NCBI GenBank assembly: GCA_010093605.1
Contig: MU004190.1
Coordinates: 930,001 to 994,000, forward strand
Length of the DNA: 64,000 nt
Direction: 5' to 3'
Source of the DNA: Lophium mytilinum
Lineage: Eukaryota
Shown here: piece by piece, positions 1-11,280 of the stretch
How positions within the stretch are numbered: the first letter of the stretch is position 1
How the letters are laid out: each line of letters starts with the position of its first letter
The notes under the pieces: model-generated
Database searches by the model: none
Told to the model about the DNA's origin: nothing
The model's input: the letters and a program-made list of their open reading frames with translations, nothing else
Translations under genes and position numbers: made by a program

Positions 1-1534
1 CCATGATTTTACTCCTTAGTATAATGGCGAGCTCTACCCATTCATGGGTACGACGCGATTGCGAGCGTGGCGTATTCTCTACATCTGCAGAAGCCAACAA
101 ACAGTCGCCATCATGGATCAAAGCGACCGAAGACGTAATCGATATTGCCCACCGATCCACACGCGTATCGATAGAAGGCATTCAAGGGATCATCATCGCA
201 TCGTTCGTGATGGGAAATATCGAAGGCTTCTCTCGGAAGTGCAGAGCAATGTATAGCATGGCTCTTCTATTAGCACGAGAGCTAGGACTACATTGTATCG
301 ACCATCCATCCATGGCGAGTGCTGCAAAATCAGCCAATGCCGAGATGGGACGGAGGGTGTGGTGGTACTTGGCGGCTTCTGATTGGTATGTTCTTACGAG
401 CTCCGGATTACAGAGCAATGTTGACGATTTTTCAGGCAGATGGCCGCGAGGTTCAACGGCGTCGCTCAAGGCGTGTATCAATGCCACGTGCGCCAGATGA
501 TAGTCAGGAAACCTCTGAATATCAACGACGAAGACGTTACAGATGGCATGAATTGCATCGAACAACCACTTTCTCAACCGACCACCATGTCGTATTCATT
601 GCAAAGAATTCGATTATCAGAGATATGCCGGAATATCGTTGACCGCACTCCTCTCATACATGCCGGCGTCCCCGGCTACGAAACTATAATGGACGCCGAC
701 ACGGAGATACAAACGATTCTGAGTGAGACTCCACCATTCTTCTCCATGTCGGTTGAACAGATCATCCAGATCTATCAACTGGACCATCAACACGCCTCCA
801 GGATCTTTTACCAAGGGTACTTGTTAAGCTCACTCACTCACGCCATGCATTGCAAAATTCACTTTGCGTATTTCACCCGCGGCTATGTCGATCCCTCATA
901 TGCAGCCTCCCGGGAAATATGCCTCCGGTCCGCCCGCAAGATCATCCAGAACGAAACACGACTAGAGCAATCAGGCCTCTGTACGGCGGCACGCTATAGG
1001 GTTATCTTGCTCCTGCTTGGCATTTTTATGGCAACCATCGTGCTAATAATGGACATGTGCCACAACAAGTCGTCGACGCAGCGGGAGAAACAGCAAGGAG
1101 AGCTTGCCGACGCTTTTCGCTTACTTGAAGAAGCTCGAGAGGATTCGGAAACCGCCGTCAACTTCCTAGATTCGCTAATGCAAGTGCTGCGGAGGCATAA
1201 GATGCCCCGTCCGAAGCGTGCTGAGGAGACGCTGCTGGACTCTGACATGGGGAATGAGCCTCTCGAGACGGCAACAGGCGCGGTAGGGGCCTACAGCACT
1301 GCCAACAACCAGCCGTATAGCAACCCTGATATATTGCCTTTACCGACGGCCCCACCAAGCGTGTTGGCAAGCAACAATGCTAACATCATGGATATGGGCG
1401 GTGATGGGTTTACGAATGGGGAGGACATGTCGTCGTACTTCAACGAGTTGGCGGAGAGCTTTGAGCAAGGTGTCGACTTTGACTGGAACGACATCTTCGC
1501 CGGGCTCGATTCCTCGTATACGCAAGGGTTGTGA
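1..1534 (+). CDS. Fungal-specific transcription factor (middle homology region; probably Zn2Cys6 family), 5'-truncated by the window edge
   Basis: ORFs 3..500 and 440..1534 join through intron 386..435 (GTATGT...TTCAG). This gives AEMGRRVWWYLAASDW-QMAARF and LARELGLHCID, typical of the Fungal_trans domain. The C-terminus is acidic (DFDWNDIF). Confidence 0.8.
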
Positions 1535-3241
1535 GGGCAGCCAGACTGAGTTATCATTTTGGAGTTTGGATATGTAGCACGAGACATATCACGTGCGAGA
1601 GAGGGATTTGAGGTATATATGCTCTCTATCTGGTTCCATGGCTTTCGAATTCTTCGACAGTGTGGGCGGAAGACTCGAGATCTTATGGTGTGTCAAAAGA
1701 GATGGTTGCAATCCTTGATGCCTGGAGACTTCGAGTTGTGCTTGCGAGGAAATCAAGACGGCGCAAAATTCTTGGGTTGATGCTCAGCATCTCAATATCT
1801 CTTTGGTCATTGCCACAGTATATACCCTATCTTTTCGCTTAGCACTATCCATAATGGTACTCATCATCGTCGTTTCATAGACCCAGCACACCCACCCACG
1901 CCGAGCCATTTCACCGCCTCGAAATCCAAATTCGCAGCCATTCGGCTCCGTTGCTGTTGATTTGATCACCACGCCCGATCTTATATCGAAGTTGTTCCTC
2001 CTGTTTGGTTCCCTGCCATAGAGTAGCTGCGTGAGATTTTTTTGCTGCTTCTGACGCAAAGTCGCCGAAGTCTGTCTCCAAACCAAGAGTCGAAGCCGAG
2101 GAAGCAGACTTTATACAGGTCGCCAGAGGAAAGATTGTGGCTTTGTCAGCCGTGTAGGGCCGGCCCCGTGATACGTCCCTCACTGCCCACTTTTCGGACA
2201 CCTCGTGATACTCACGTGCAAGGTAGGATCGATGGGGTATAAATGTCTTCCGCCGACTTAGAATTTGGGCTTGGACAGTGGGCTTGGTTCCTTTCATAGG
2301 CTCGAAAAAGTAAGCAGCGGACAGCCATGTGGAGGATCGCGGTGCTTGCAAAAGACATGCAAGAAGTGTTTCATGTCTTGTAAAAGCGTGAACGTGACGA
2401 GGAGATGATGTGGTTGGTGGTGGAAGTAAAACCGAAATGTCTACCATTCCATGTCTGGGAAGATGGGCGGTACTACAGTGATGGTGATATCAAGCTTCAG
2501 CTACATGGTATGGGCTCTCGCACAAAGAAGCGAAGTAGATGCGGCATAGCAAGCCATCTCGATGAAGATGGTTGAGCTTGATCATTGCTGCTGACCATCG
2601 AAAGATCGGATAGAGACTAGAACCTCTGGACGGCTCTTCCCAACACCATTGAGCGGCGTTTCCTCCGAGTTTGCACCATGGAGGAGTTTGACCTTGAGGT
2701 TGAGATTAGACTCCGAAGCCTTGTGTGCTGAGGAAGCTGAACCCAATGTAAGAACCAGCTTTATACTCGAAGACCCAGTTCCTAATGTGACCATCGCATA
2801 GGCTAGTGAGATCAAGTGGCTTTCCCGTGAGCATCTCCTGCCTTCTTCCATGGGCTTGCCAGCCAATCACAAAGCTCTGCCTGTTTTCTTCGAGAAAATG
2901 GGCCCCCGTAAACCACCCCTTCAACATTTATACAATTTCCCCCTTCAAGGCCTCAGGCCCTTCTTCTTCTTCTTCTCCCCCTAGGAATGCGCAGCTTGCG
3001 GGATGCAAAACTTGCTATAATCACTCTCGAGCAAACACAAATAGTCTTTGATAGTAGGTATAACTCCATTACCTGACAATATTGTAGCTGTAATTATCTC
3101 TATTGATTTTACGAAGGGTCAAGCAAGTGCCTTGAAGTTAGAGTCCTTCGTGTGCAAATACGGCCCATTCAGACATGTTTCATCTGAATGTACAGAGGCC
3201 AACCCCTAGGTTGCTTAAGTTACAGATAAGAGGTCGTAGGT

Positions 3242-5047
3242 TTATGCTCCACTGCCTCCTCCCTTACCTTTTCCTGCCTGATGGTCCTTCTCCTTCATCC
3301 AATCGGATAGCATTAGGATGCGCCAGGCTCCGTTCGGCGGCCAGGTTACTACCCGATTAGGCTTGCCTGGAACCACGTTGGCCTCAGAATCCTTATCCAT
3401 CTTCTCTTCATGCTTACGATCTCTTTGCTCGGTGAGTTCATCCGCATACTGCTTCAACCACTTCTTCTCATCTTCATCCAGAAGGTCGTCTGTCTCCGCA
3501 GCATCCGCAGCGTTTTGCGCCTCCTCTAACTCGGTCTGTTCCTTGAATATCGGCTGAAAACGGTCACAAGTCTCACGAAGAAGGCCCAAGAGGCGCTGTG
3601 GATCGGCTTCGGTGATATCTGGTATCGCCCACTTCTGCACCCACTCCGAAGCCACCGCCTCCTCGACTGTAATCCTATCCGCAGATTCGTATACCAGCAT
3701 CCTCTTGATAAGGTCTTCGCGCGCCGTGAACTCGTCCTTGCGCATTTCAGCCGTCTCCCACCTCTTTCCTCGAGCGAGAGACACAAGGTTTTCCGCCAGA
3801 GACCTATAAGGCGGCCCCTTCCCCTCCTTCCACGAGCCGTCTTCGGAGAAGTATTTATCCTTCGCATCCCACTTCTCCCACCAATGCCCTGGGAGAGGAC
3901 CCAACGCGCCAATCATGTCCGCGATGATTGCGTCTTCGTCTCCAAGCCACGTCTCAAAGATCGGGTTTCTGTCGAGGATCTGGATCAGCGTGCACGCTAG
4001 CGTCCACGTATCAGACTTTGGTCCGAGAGGCTCGTGGAAGAATTGCTCGGGGGGTAGGAGGCTGATAGGTGTCATGAGCTGGTCGCGGTTGTGGCTGGCA
4101 GCAAGGAAGGCTTCGCCGAAGTCGGTGATGATGATTTGAGGGTCTTGGATCTTCTCTAACTCGTCGCAGTTTAGGAAGAGCATGGCTGGGCTGACGCAGT
4201 GCTTGGGAACTTCTGGACCAAGCGGACGATTGTCGTAGCGCCGAACTTCATGTTGGTTGGGTTCGCCGATATGGAGGTAGAGTTCGTCTTCGTTTAATTC
4301 GGCCAGGCCAGGGATTTGGAAGAGGATGTTGTTGGAGGAGAGATCTGGAGGTCTATTAGTCTGCGAACGTAGGGAAACATGCACACAACAAGATAGAAAG
4401 TTAGTCTTAACGAATGGCGAAAGATAACACAACATGCCAGTTACAACGACCAAACACTCACCTCCATGTACCACACCGCAGGAGTGAATATACTCCATTC
4501 CCAGCAGGACTTGAGCGGCGATCGACCTCGAAACTCGGAGCGGGTGCTTGTATGGACGACACTCGTGCTTTGACTGAGCCACACTACAGCCAGCGATAGG
4601 CATAACTAAGCAAAGATGCTTGCCATTCGGGCCCTCAATGATAAAGTCGTCTAAGAGTGACGCGACGTATACACTTCCCGAATAATTCGCCCTATTCTCT
4701 GTGACCAGGCGCAGAATGTCCCTCTCACGACTATAAGTCGGCTGGTCCGCCTGGAGAATCTTCAAAGCTACGTTCTTCTCCTCGACTGTATCGCGTGCGA
4801 GCCAGGCGAGAGAGTAGCTACTGTGTCCAAGCTTCTGAATGATTTTGTACCGATCATTATGGTAGCGCTCGCCGATGTGAGTGGGGTGGTCGCCACCAGT
4901 GCAGTAGTGCTCAAGATCTTCGACGCCGTGATGGTCAGCCCATTGATAGACTGGGTGGTACGGAGGCCATTCCTCGGACACCTGAACTGTCGAAGGTGAG
5001 AATGGGGGAAGTGGTTGGATGTTCCTGATCTGTGAAGAGTCGGCCAT
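3242..5047 (-). CDS. Fungal SRPK/Sky1-like (CMGC-related) Ser/Thr protein kinase with divergent motifs
   Basis: Motifs RYKIIQKLGH, VALKIL, GPNGKHLCLV, ITDFGEAF and SDTWTLAC. Removing intron 4345..4461 gives the catalytic loop HGDLSSNN. First ATG is at 5047. Confidence 0.85.
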   Translation of the reverse strand: MADSSQIRNIQPLPPFSPSTVQVSEEWPPYHPVYQWADHHGVEDLEHYCTGGDHPTHIGERYHNDRYKIIQKLGHSSYSLAWLARDTVEEKNVALKILQADQPTYSRERDILRLVTENRANYSGSVYVASLLDDFIIEGPNGKHLCLVMPIAGCSVAQSKHECRPYKHPLRVSRSIAAQVLLGMEYIHSCGVVHGGECLVVVTGMLCYLSPFVKTNFLSCCVHVSLRSQTNRPPDLSSNNILFQIPGLAELNEDELYLHIGEPNQHEVRRYDNRPLGPEVPKHCVSPAMLFLNCDELEKIQDPQIIITDFGEAFLAASHNRDQLMTPISLLPPEQFFHEPLGPKSDTWTLACTLIQILDRNPIFETWLGDEDAIIADMIGALGPLPGHWWEKWDAKDKYFSEDGSWKEGKGPPYRSLAENLVSLARGKRWETAEMRKDEFTAREDLIKRMLVYESADRITVEEAVASEWVQKWAIPDITEADPQRLLGLLRETCDRFQPIFKEQTELEEAQNAADAAETDDLLDEDEKKWLKQYADELTEQRDRKHEEKMDKDSEANVVPGKPNRVVTWPPNGAWRILMLSDWMKEKDHQAGKGKGGGSGA

Positions 5048-5860
5048 GGGCACCGGGCGATAGATGAAGTAAAAGTGATGTGGGTATATCGCTTGTGAGC
5101 CGTAGAGAACGGGAGGTGGGTTCAAAAGGAGTAATTAGGGACGATGGAGGCTGAAAGCTTCAATAGTAATAGACATCGGAAGATGCTGGTAATTAGCTAG
5201 TAATCGTTTCCCGCTAGAAGCATCGAATCGTATGATCCGATTCACTTAGACATTTGAAGTGGACAGCAAGCCAAAGCCCGGGCATCCCAATGCCAGAAAT
5301 TTCATCAAGAGCGGTAGAAGACAAAAGAATTGGAGGGCTTCAGCATTGCAGGACCTTGACAAAACCAGAGTTCACTGTAGACACGATATAGTACAAGGAG
5401 AGGAGAGGCAAACACATGAGCGGAAAGGAAAGTGGTATTTTTACGAGTAAGTCAATCAACTACAACATCAGAGTATCATCTTCTGTCATCCACATCATCC
5501 CATTTCCTTGACCTTTGTCTAGGATCATCGCATTTCCATCCGCTCAATCAATCTGCAGAGCGCAAATAAGCAGCAAAGCAAGGCACCCATAAAACACCAA
5601 GTCACCATATCGCCGCATCTGCAGTCAAGCTGGAGGTAGAGGCTCCAAAAAGAGTGAATGGTACACAGACGCACCACAAACGAGGGCAGGCCGGCTGTAT
5701 AGCGCACAGCCGCACTATTCTTGAAAAGGAGGTGAAGCAGAATGAAAAAAGCCTGAGGTACCGGCCACCAATGTAGTTTTCTTGTTTACAGGATCCAGAA
5801 CCAGGATATACGCCGTGACTGCCGCCGTGCTGGTCGTGAGAGTCGTGACTTGAAGCAAAA

Positions 5861-7908
5861 TTAGTTACCCGGGGAAGGGCGTTGGCCTTCCGGGAGACGT
5901 TTGAGGGCTGCCTCGACGTCCTTGTTGTCGACGACGACGCCGCTTTCAGAACACCTGGCCTTGGCGCGGAGTTCTGAGCATAGGTTGTCGATGTCGATTG
6001 TGCCGTCTCTGAAATCGGGCCTCTTGGCGAGTTTATCCCTGTTGTGATAGTGAGCAATGTGTTTAATGAAAGAACGGACAAATAATGAATGCTTACCATA
6101 TTTTGTGACAGTTGAGCAGTTGCGCTGGATCTTCCCCGGGAACAACTTCATCATCAATGCCGTCTTGTATACGCTCAATCTCCTCTAGAGGATTCGACTT
6201 CTGGACAGCAGGCGTGTTGTTGTCGCCAAAGTTGAACGGGCTTCCGAAATCAGCCAATGGGAATGCGTCATTGAAGAAGCCGCCGGTAAAGTCGCCATCG
6301 CCTACGATAGCGGCCTGCGACTCGCGATAGTCACCAAACAAAGTCGGGTCGAACTGCCCGCCGTTCTGGTTGGCGAAGAAGTCAATGCCGTTCAAGTCGG
6401 TTGCAGGCGATTTATTTGCAGCTGCAGCAGCTGGGGTGGCGTTAGATTGAGACATCGCACGAGGAATTGGATTGCGAGAATTGCCGCAGGCCATATTCAG
6501 CTTATCACAGAAGGTGACCTCACCTTCAGGATTTCCAGAACCACATCCTCCTTCATTGATAGTGTCGAGGCCGTTGCTCGGCGAGTTGTGACTTGGCTCC
6601 GGAGATGTGTCGCATGAGGATCCCATGCCGTATTGAGAGACGGACGAAGCCGACGGGGAGTCCGACGTAGACGATCCACTGTTGAATTGGAAGACCCGCG
6701 ACTGGGCTGAGCTGTCAGTGCTGCGACGGCTGCTATGGCTGGTGGCATTGTTGTTATTGTTGTAATCGAAGACGGAACTCGAGTTGATTCCGTTCACCAT
6801 GGGACTGAAAAGTCCGTTGATATTGCTGCTGCTCGAAGCATTGCTATTAGGAAGGCCGTTAGGACTCCCTTTCGAGTTGTTCGTTGGCGAATTGGAGGAG
6901 ATTCCATTGAGCTGACTCTTGGGACTTAGGCTGGCGCCGTTGCTATTCGTGCGAACAGGCGAAGCAGTATTTACGGTCGGCTTGTTGCCTTTCGCGAGAG
7001 CGCCGTTGTCAAGAAGATGGGCGCCGGGAAGACCACCGAATCTTGGGAACTCGAATTGGAAGTTGTTGGCAGGGGTGCCGTTTCCAGTGTTAAGTGATGC
7101 AAATCCACTTGTGACCGCAGGAGCGCGACCTAAACCAGAGCTGTTGAGAGACAGACGCTTGCGATACTCACGCAGCTCGGTTTGCAGTCTCTGAACTTGA
7201 GCGCGAAGCATGCCGTTCTCATGATTTGCAGCATCGGATGCCTGCTCCAGTTCGCCGACCTTGGTCTCGAGGTCTTTCAAATGCTTCTCTTTTCGCTCTC
7301 TGAACGCCCTTTGGGCTGCGCGGTTCTGTGCCTTGCGCTTCTGATACAATATTAGTATATTTATGTGCGTTGATTGAATATGTCGCGGGACTTACAGTTG
7401 TAGGCTCGGATGTCAATGGCTTCCTACCAGGCTTCTTTGCCGTCTTATCTTCACCTTCCCGTCGCTTCCCTCCGCCTTCTTGATCTTCCCCATCGTCATC
7501 GGGGCTCTTTCGCTTATCTGTGCTCTCGTTATCTCCCTCGTTCGAATGACTCGACGAGTCACCTGGCAGACCGCCAATCATCAAATCGCTGTTATCGCCG
7601 TTATCATAATCGAAGCTGTTGTCGCCATCAAGGTAGTCGACAAATGGGCTGTCGTCGAGGTTATCGAAGTTGAGATTGGCACCAAAGGTGTCGGGAGTGC
7701 CCTGCTGAGGGGACGCGAAGAAGGTCGGGTCGATGCTATCGATGCTAGAGTATTGCAGGCCAGCATTGGCCGCACTCTGCTTGTTGGCACCGTTTGAGTA
7801 CATGTTGTTGTTCTTGCCGTTCTGGTTTGAGGCCAGGGCGGCTAGTAGAAGGTCTTGTTGGTTCGGATTGAGGTAGTATTGATTGTTCTTGGTCGATGTG
7901 CCAGCCAT
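5861..7908 (-). CDS. YAP1: AP-1-like oxidative-stress bZIP transcription factor (Yap1/Pap1/NapA orthologue)
   Basis: Exons 7908..7396, 7340..6097, 6038..5861 with canonical introns. bZIP KRKAQNRAAQRAFRERKEKHLKDLE; n-CRD FCDKLNMACG; c-CRD CHKIWDKL...IDIDNLCSELRAKARCSE. Confidence 0.95.
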
Positions 7909-9437
7909 GTCTGATAATTTTGGCGAGCTGGGCTGGAGTTCACGCAGGTGCTCGATGGTAGAGATTCCACCTCAGGCAGACGCCGAACGGGGTCTGGGGT
8001 TGGTGGAAGAAGCCAGACAAGAAAAATTGAGGGGTGGTGTTGGAATCGGTAGGCTACGGAGTGGACAAGACGAGCAAAAACACTGTCGAGCTTCAAAGGG
8101 CTCAATCGGGGCTTGAGGCCACACCGAGGGACTGGGTGGCCGCGGATATGTGAGAGAACAGGCAGCAAACGCTGTGAGATTGCAAAGGGCGTGGAGGACA
8201 GGTTGAAGATTACGGACGAGGACGGACCAGCGGTCGGCAGTGCTGGCGGGGTTCGCTGTGCCTTCACGGGGCGGGCGACTGGGACAGCAGCGCGCACAGG
8301 TCGTTATTGCAACGTCTCGTGGGAAGGCAAGAGTAGGGGAGTCAGAGGGTTGGCGGGAGGCGAAAAGGACGAGGTTGGTGAGATGATGGAACGAGGTGGA
8401 GGGAAGCGGGCCAGGCCAGATGAGCGTAACTAAGATCGGAGGGGAAGTGGAGGAGCAGCAGCGCAAAGCAGCGGGCAGAACGAGACTGGTTCGCGCCCAG
8501 CAGACGCTTTGGTTGGCTGGCGGCGCCGTTGGATGCCTTTGATTCATAATCAGCCTAAAAGCAGCATCACGGACTAAGCGGTGTTAGGGCTGGAAGACAG
8601 TGGAGGAATAAGATCGAATCCTGCACCAGCCAGTGCTTGAGACGCGGCCGCGAGCCGCAGCAGAGCTTGTCGAGCGTTCCTGGCAGGGCGAAGACTTCTT
8701 TTTACGACTTGCTGCACTTGGAGTAGCTCTAGAGACCCTGGTCGACCGAGTTCGTGAAGTGCAGTCTGCTGTAGAGTTGATACAGAGCACCTTGAGGACT
8801 CTGATACTAGCGCTGTCACATGAGCCTAAGATAGCAGAGAGGAATGTACGGTGTGGAATCCCCTAGGAGTAGCTTGTAACGCCTCGCTCCATTAGTAGAT
8901 GTGCTCTTCAAGTAGTCTTTTGACCATGTAAGTCATCCGTACGACGTATGGGACTAAGAAGTTCATTTGGGCCCCTAGCCTTGTATATCTCTCGAACGCT
9001 TCCTTCATAATCTAGCTGGGTCACATTCAAGCATCTACTTCATTACTTCTTTGCTTCTACTTGTGGTGAACTCATAGTAAGCTTCATTTGATCCTGATAG
9101 CTGCCACTTGAATCTGATATGATGTCTGGAGAAGGATCTGGCAAGCGAGTAGAGCATTCATTTGTGCGCTATCTACACGGCTGTGCTACATTCGTATAAG
9201 GGCCGTAGTCGCCGAGCGTCTTTGTTTACTTCAATAAGCATATCGGCACACTCGAGGGACGACCTCGAACGATGATGCCTTGATGCCTCGCACGTGACTT
9301 GATGCCAAGAGACGCTAGCTTAGCGCGCCTCGGCGCGTTTCTCCAAGACCTCACTTTCTTGCCGCTCCGAGGTCCACCTCTCCACCCGCCACAACACCAC
9401 AACACCGGCGACTCCTCTACCGTGGAAGCCTGCCAAG

Positions 9438-10478
9438 ATGGCGCGCACGCTGGATGTCGTTCAGCAAGATGTCATGCACCAGGAGAAGTCGGCTGCGGAA
9501 CTGCGCGTCATGGTAAGTGCACCGCAATTATCGCCAACCGCGAACAGCCCAGAAGATTGTTCCTAACCTATTATGCTAACCTTTCCGAAACAGATGAAGC
9601 AACTGCGAGACTCTGTCAAAGAAGATCCCAACAACATAGATCCTGGTCTCCAAGACCTCATCGATACGACACAGGCACATTTGAACGAAGATGAAGCAAA
9701 GCTTGCTGACTTGATCAAAGAGTTAGCTGTGCTACAAGCGAAGAGCCAGGAGGCTGCCGAGCCCGAGAAGTGGTCCAGAGAAAAGCATCCAGTTCTTGGC
9801 AAAAAGGCCCAAACCCCGGATACCACAACTGGCGAGGCGCAAATTACCAACCAGTTCAAGGTTAACGACATGGTATTGGCCCGCTGGATCCACGGAGATC
9901 GCGGATTCTACAAGGCTAAGATCACCATGGTTATGGGCTCTGTATCGGCTCCGAAGTTCCGCGTCAAATTTCCCGACTTCAATAATGACACGGACGAAGG
10001 CTTAGAGCTAGGAGACCTCAAAGCGTTGGACCCCTCGAAAAAGAGAAAGGCTGAAGAGACCACAGCACCGGCGGCAGCCCCTGTCAAACCATCCATCGCT
10101 ACCACCGTCATCTCGGCCCCAGCCAGTATCAACATGAATCTCGTCACCCAGGCCCGACAGGAGCCCAGCATGGTCAGCGATGGCCCTACCAAGCCCCCCA
10201 AGATCCGTCGCAAGGCTACTGGAACCAAAGCACTCGAGAGCCACAAGAGCAACTGGCAGGCCTTCCAGGCCAAGGGATCTAAGAAGGTCAAGAAGGAGAG
10301 CATGTTCAGGACTCCCGATCTTCCCAACGCTAGGGGTAAACGCCCCTATCTCACTCAGAACTTATTGCTAATCTTAGACTTAGTCGGTGTTACTGGCTCT
10401 GGTCGCCCTATGGCCAAAGATCCTACCCGTGTCCGACACACCTACACCATCGAGAACGAAGACGACGACGATTATTGA
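9438..10478 (+). CDS. SPF30: SPF30/SMNDC1-like Tudor-domain splicing factor
   Basis: ATG at 9438; introns 9513..9593 and 10336..10383. N-terminal DPNN coiled coil, Tudor FKVNDMVLARWIHGDRGFYKAKIT, and C-terminal KSNWQAF...SMFRTPD...RVGVTGSG. Confidence 0.8.
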
Positions 10479-11280
10479 AGGCTACTCACGAACGCACCAT
10501 GACTGAACGGCAGAGAACGGTACTGTGGACAAGGAAACATCATCGCAACATCTTTTCATTTTCTCCCAACTATAAACCATGAGTACAGAGGCTAATGGAT
10601 CATTTGCAAGGCAGAAGCAATGTCCTGACATGACAAAGTCGATTTTGCATCAAGGCGTTCGGTAGGTGCCCAGTACTTTCTTTCTTGTTCTGCCCAACCC
10701 CTATGCCCATTTTCTCTCCTCGGCGGTTTGTGATTGCTTGGCTTTCGATGGCTTGGCTCGGCGGTCGTTGGCTTGGGGAATGGTGCATCGGAGGAGAATG
10801 AGGCCGGATTGGTATATAATTGGCGGAGAATGAGAAGAGGAACCCGAAAATGAGGCATACCGATATTTGCTCTCTATGGGTACAGTAAAGAACTGTAGTC
10901 TGAATACACTACTTCACCACTGCATCAGGGCCTTCAGCATACTGTTGGAATTTTTGACGAAGATGCAAAGCCGCCATTGCGGACCATTGACAAATTCGCT
11001 GTGCTACCTCAGAAGTTGCTATCCAGCACTATCGAAAACGATGTCGAGCGCTCCAGTCAAACGGAGCAGCAGGATCTGCGTATTACTAGGTGAGCTTTCT
11101 TGATCGAGTGTGTATTAAATTTGTTGTTGCAATGTCCCAAAGGGACACATTCCCAATCTGCGTATCTGCATCCTCTCCCGTTTGAAGTGCCTCAGTGCAT
11201 TCTCAAGATGGCCCTAATTCCAAGATGTGTACACTGCCGTAGCGATATTTACGCTATCTCAAAACAATGCACTTTCATCG

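Noticed and set aside
1784..3051. Short ORFs between the transcription factor and the kinase
   Set aside because: No motifs or consistent splice model; possibly decayed coding sequence, but unsupported.
7842..8866. Overlapping 100-190 aa ORFs upstream of YAP1
   Set aside because: GC-rich promoter or leader sequence; compositionally biased peptides with no domains.
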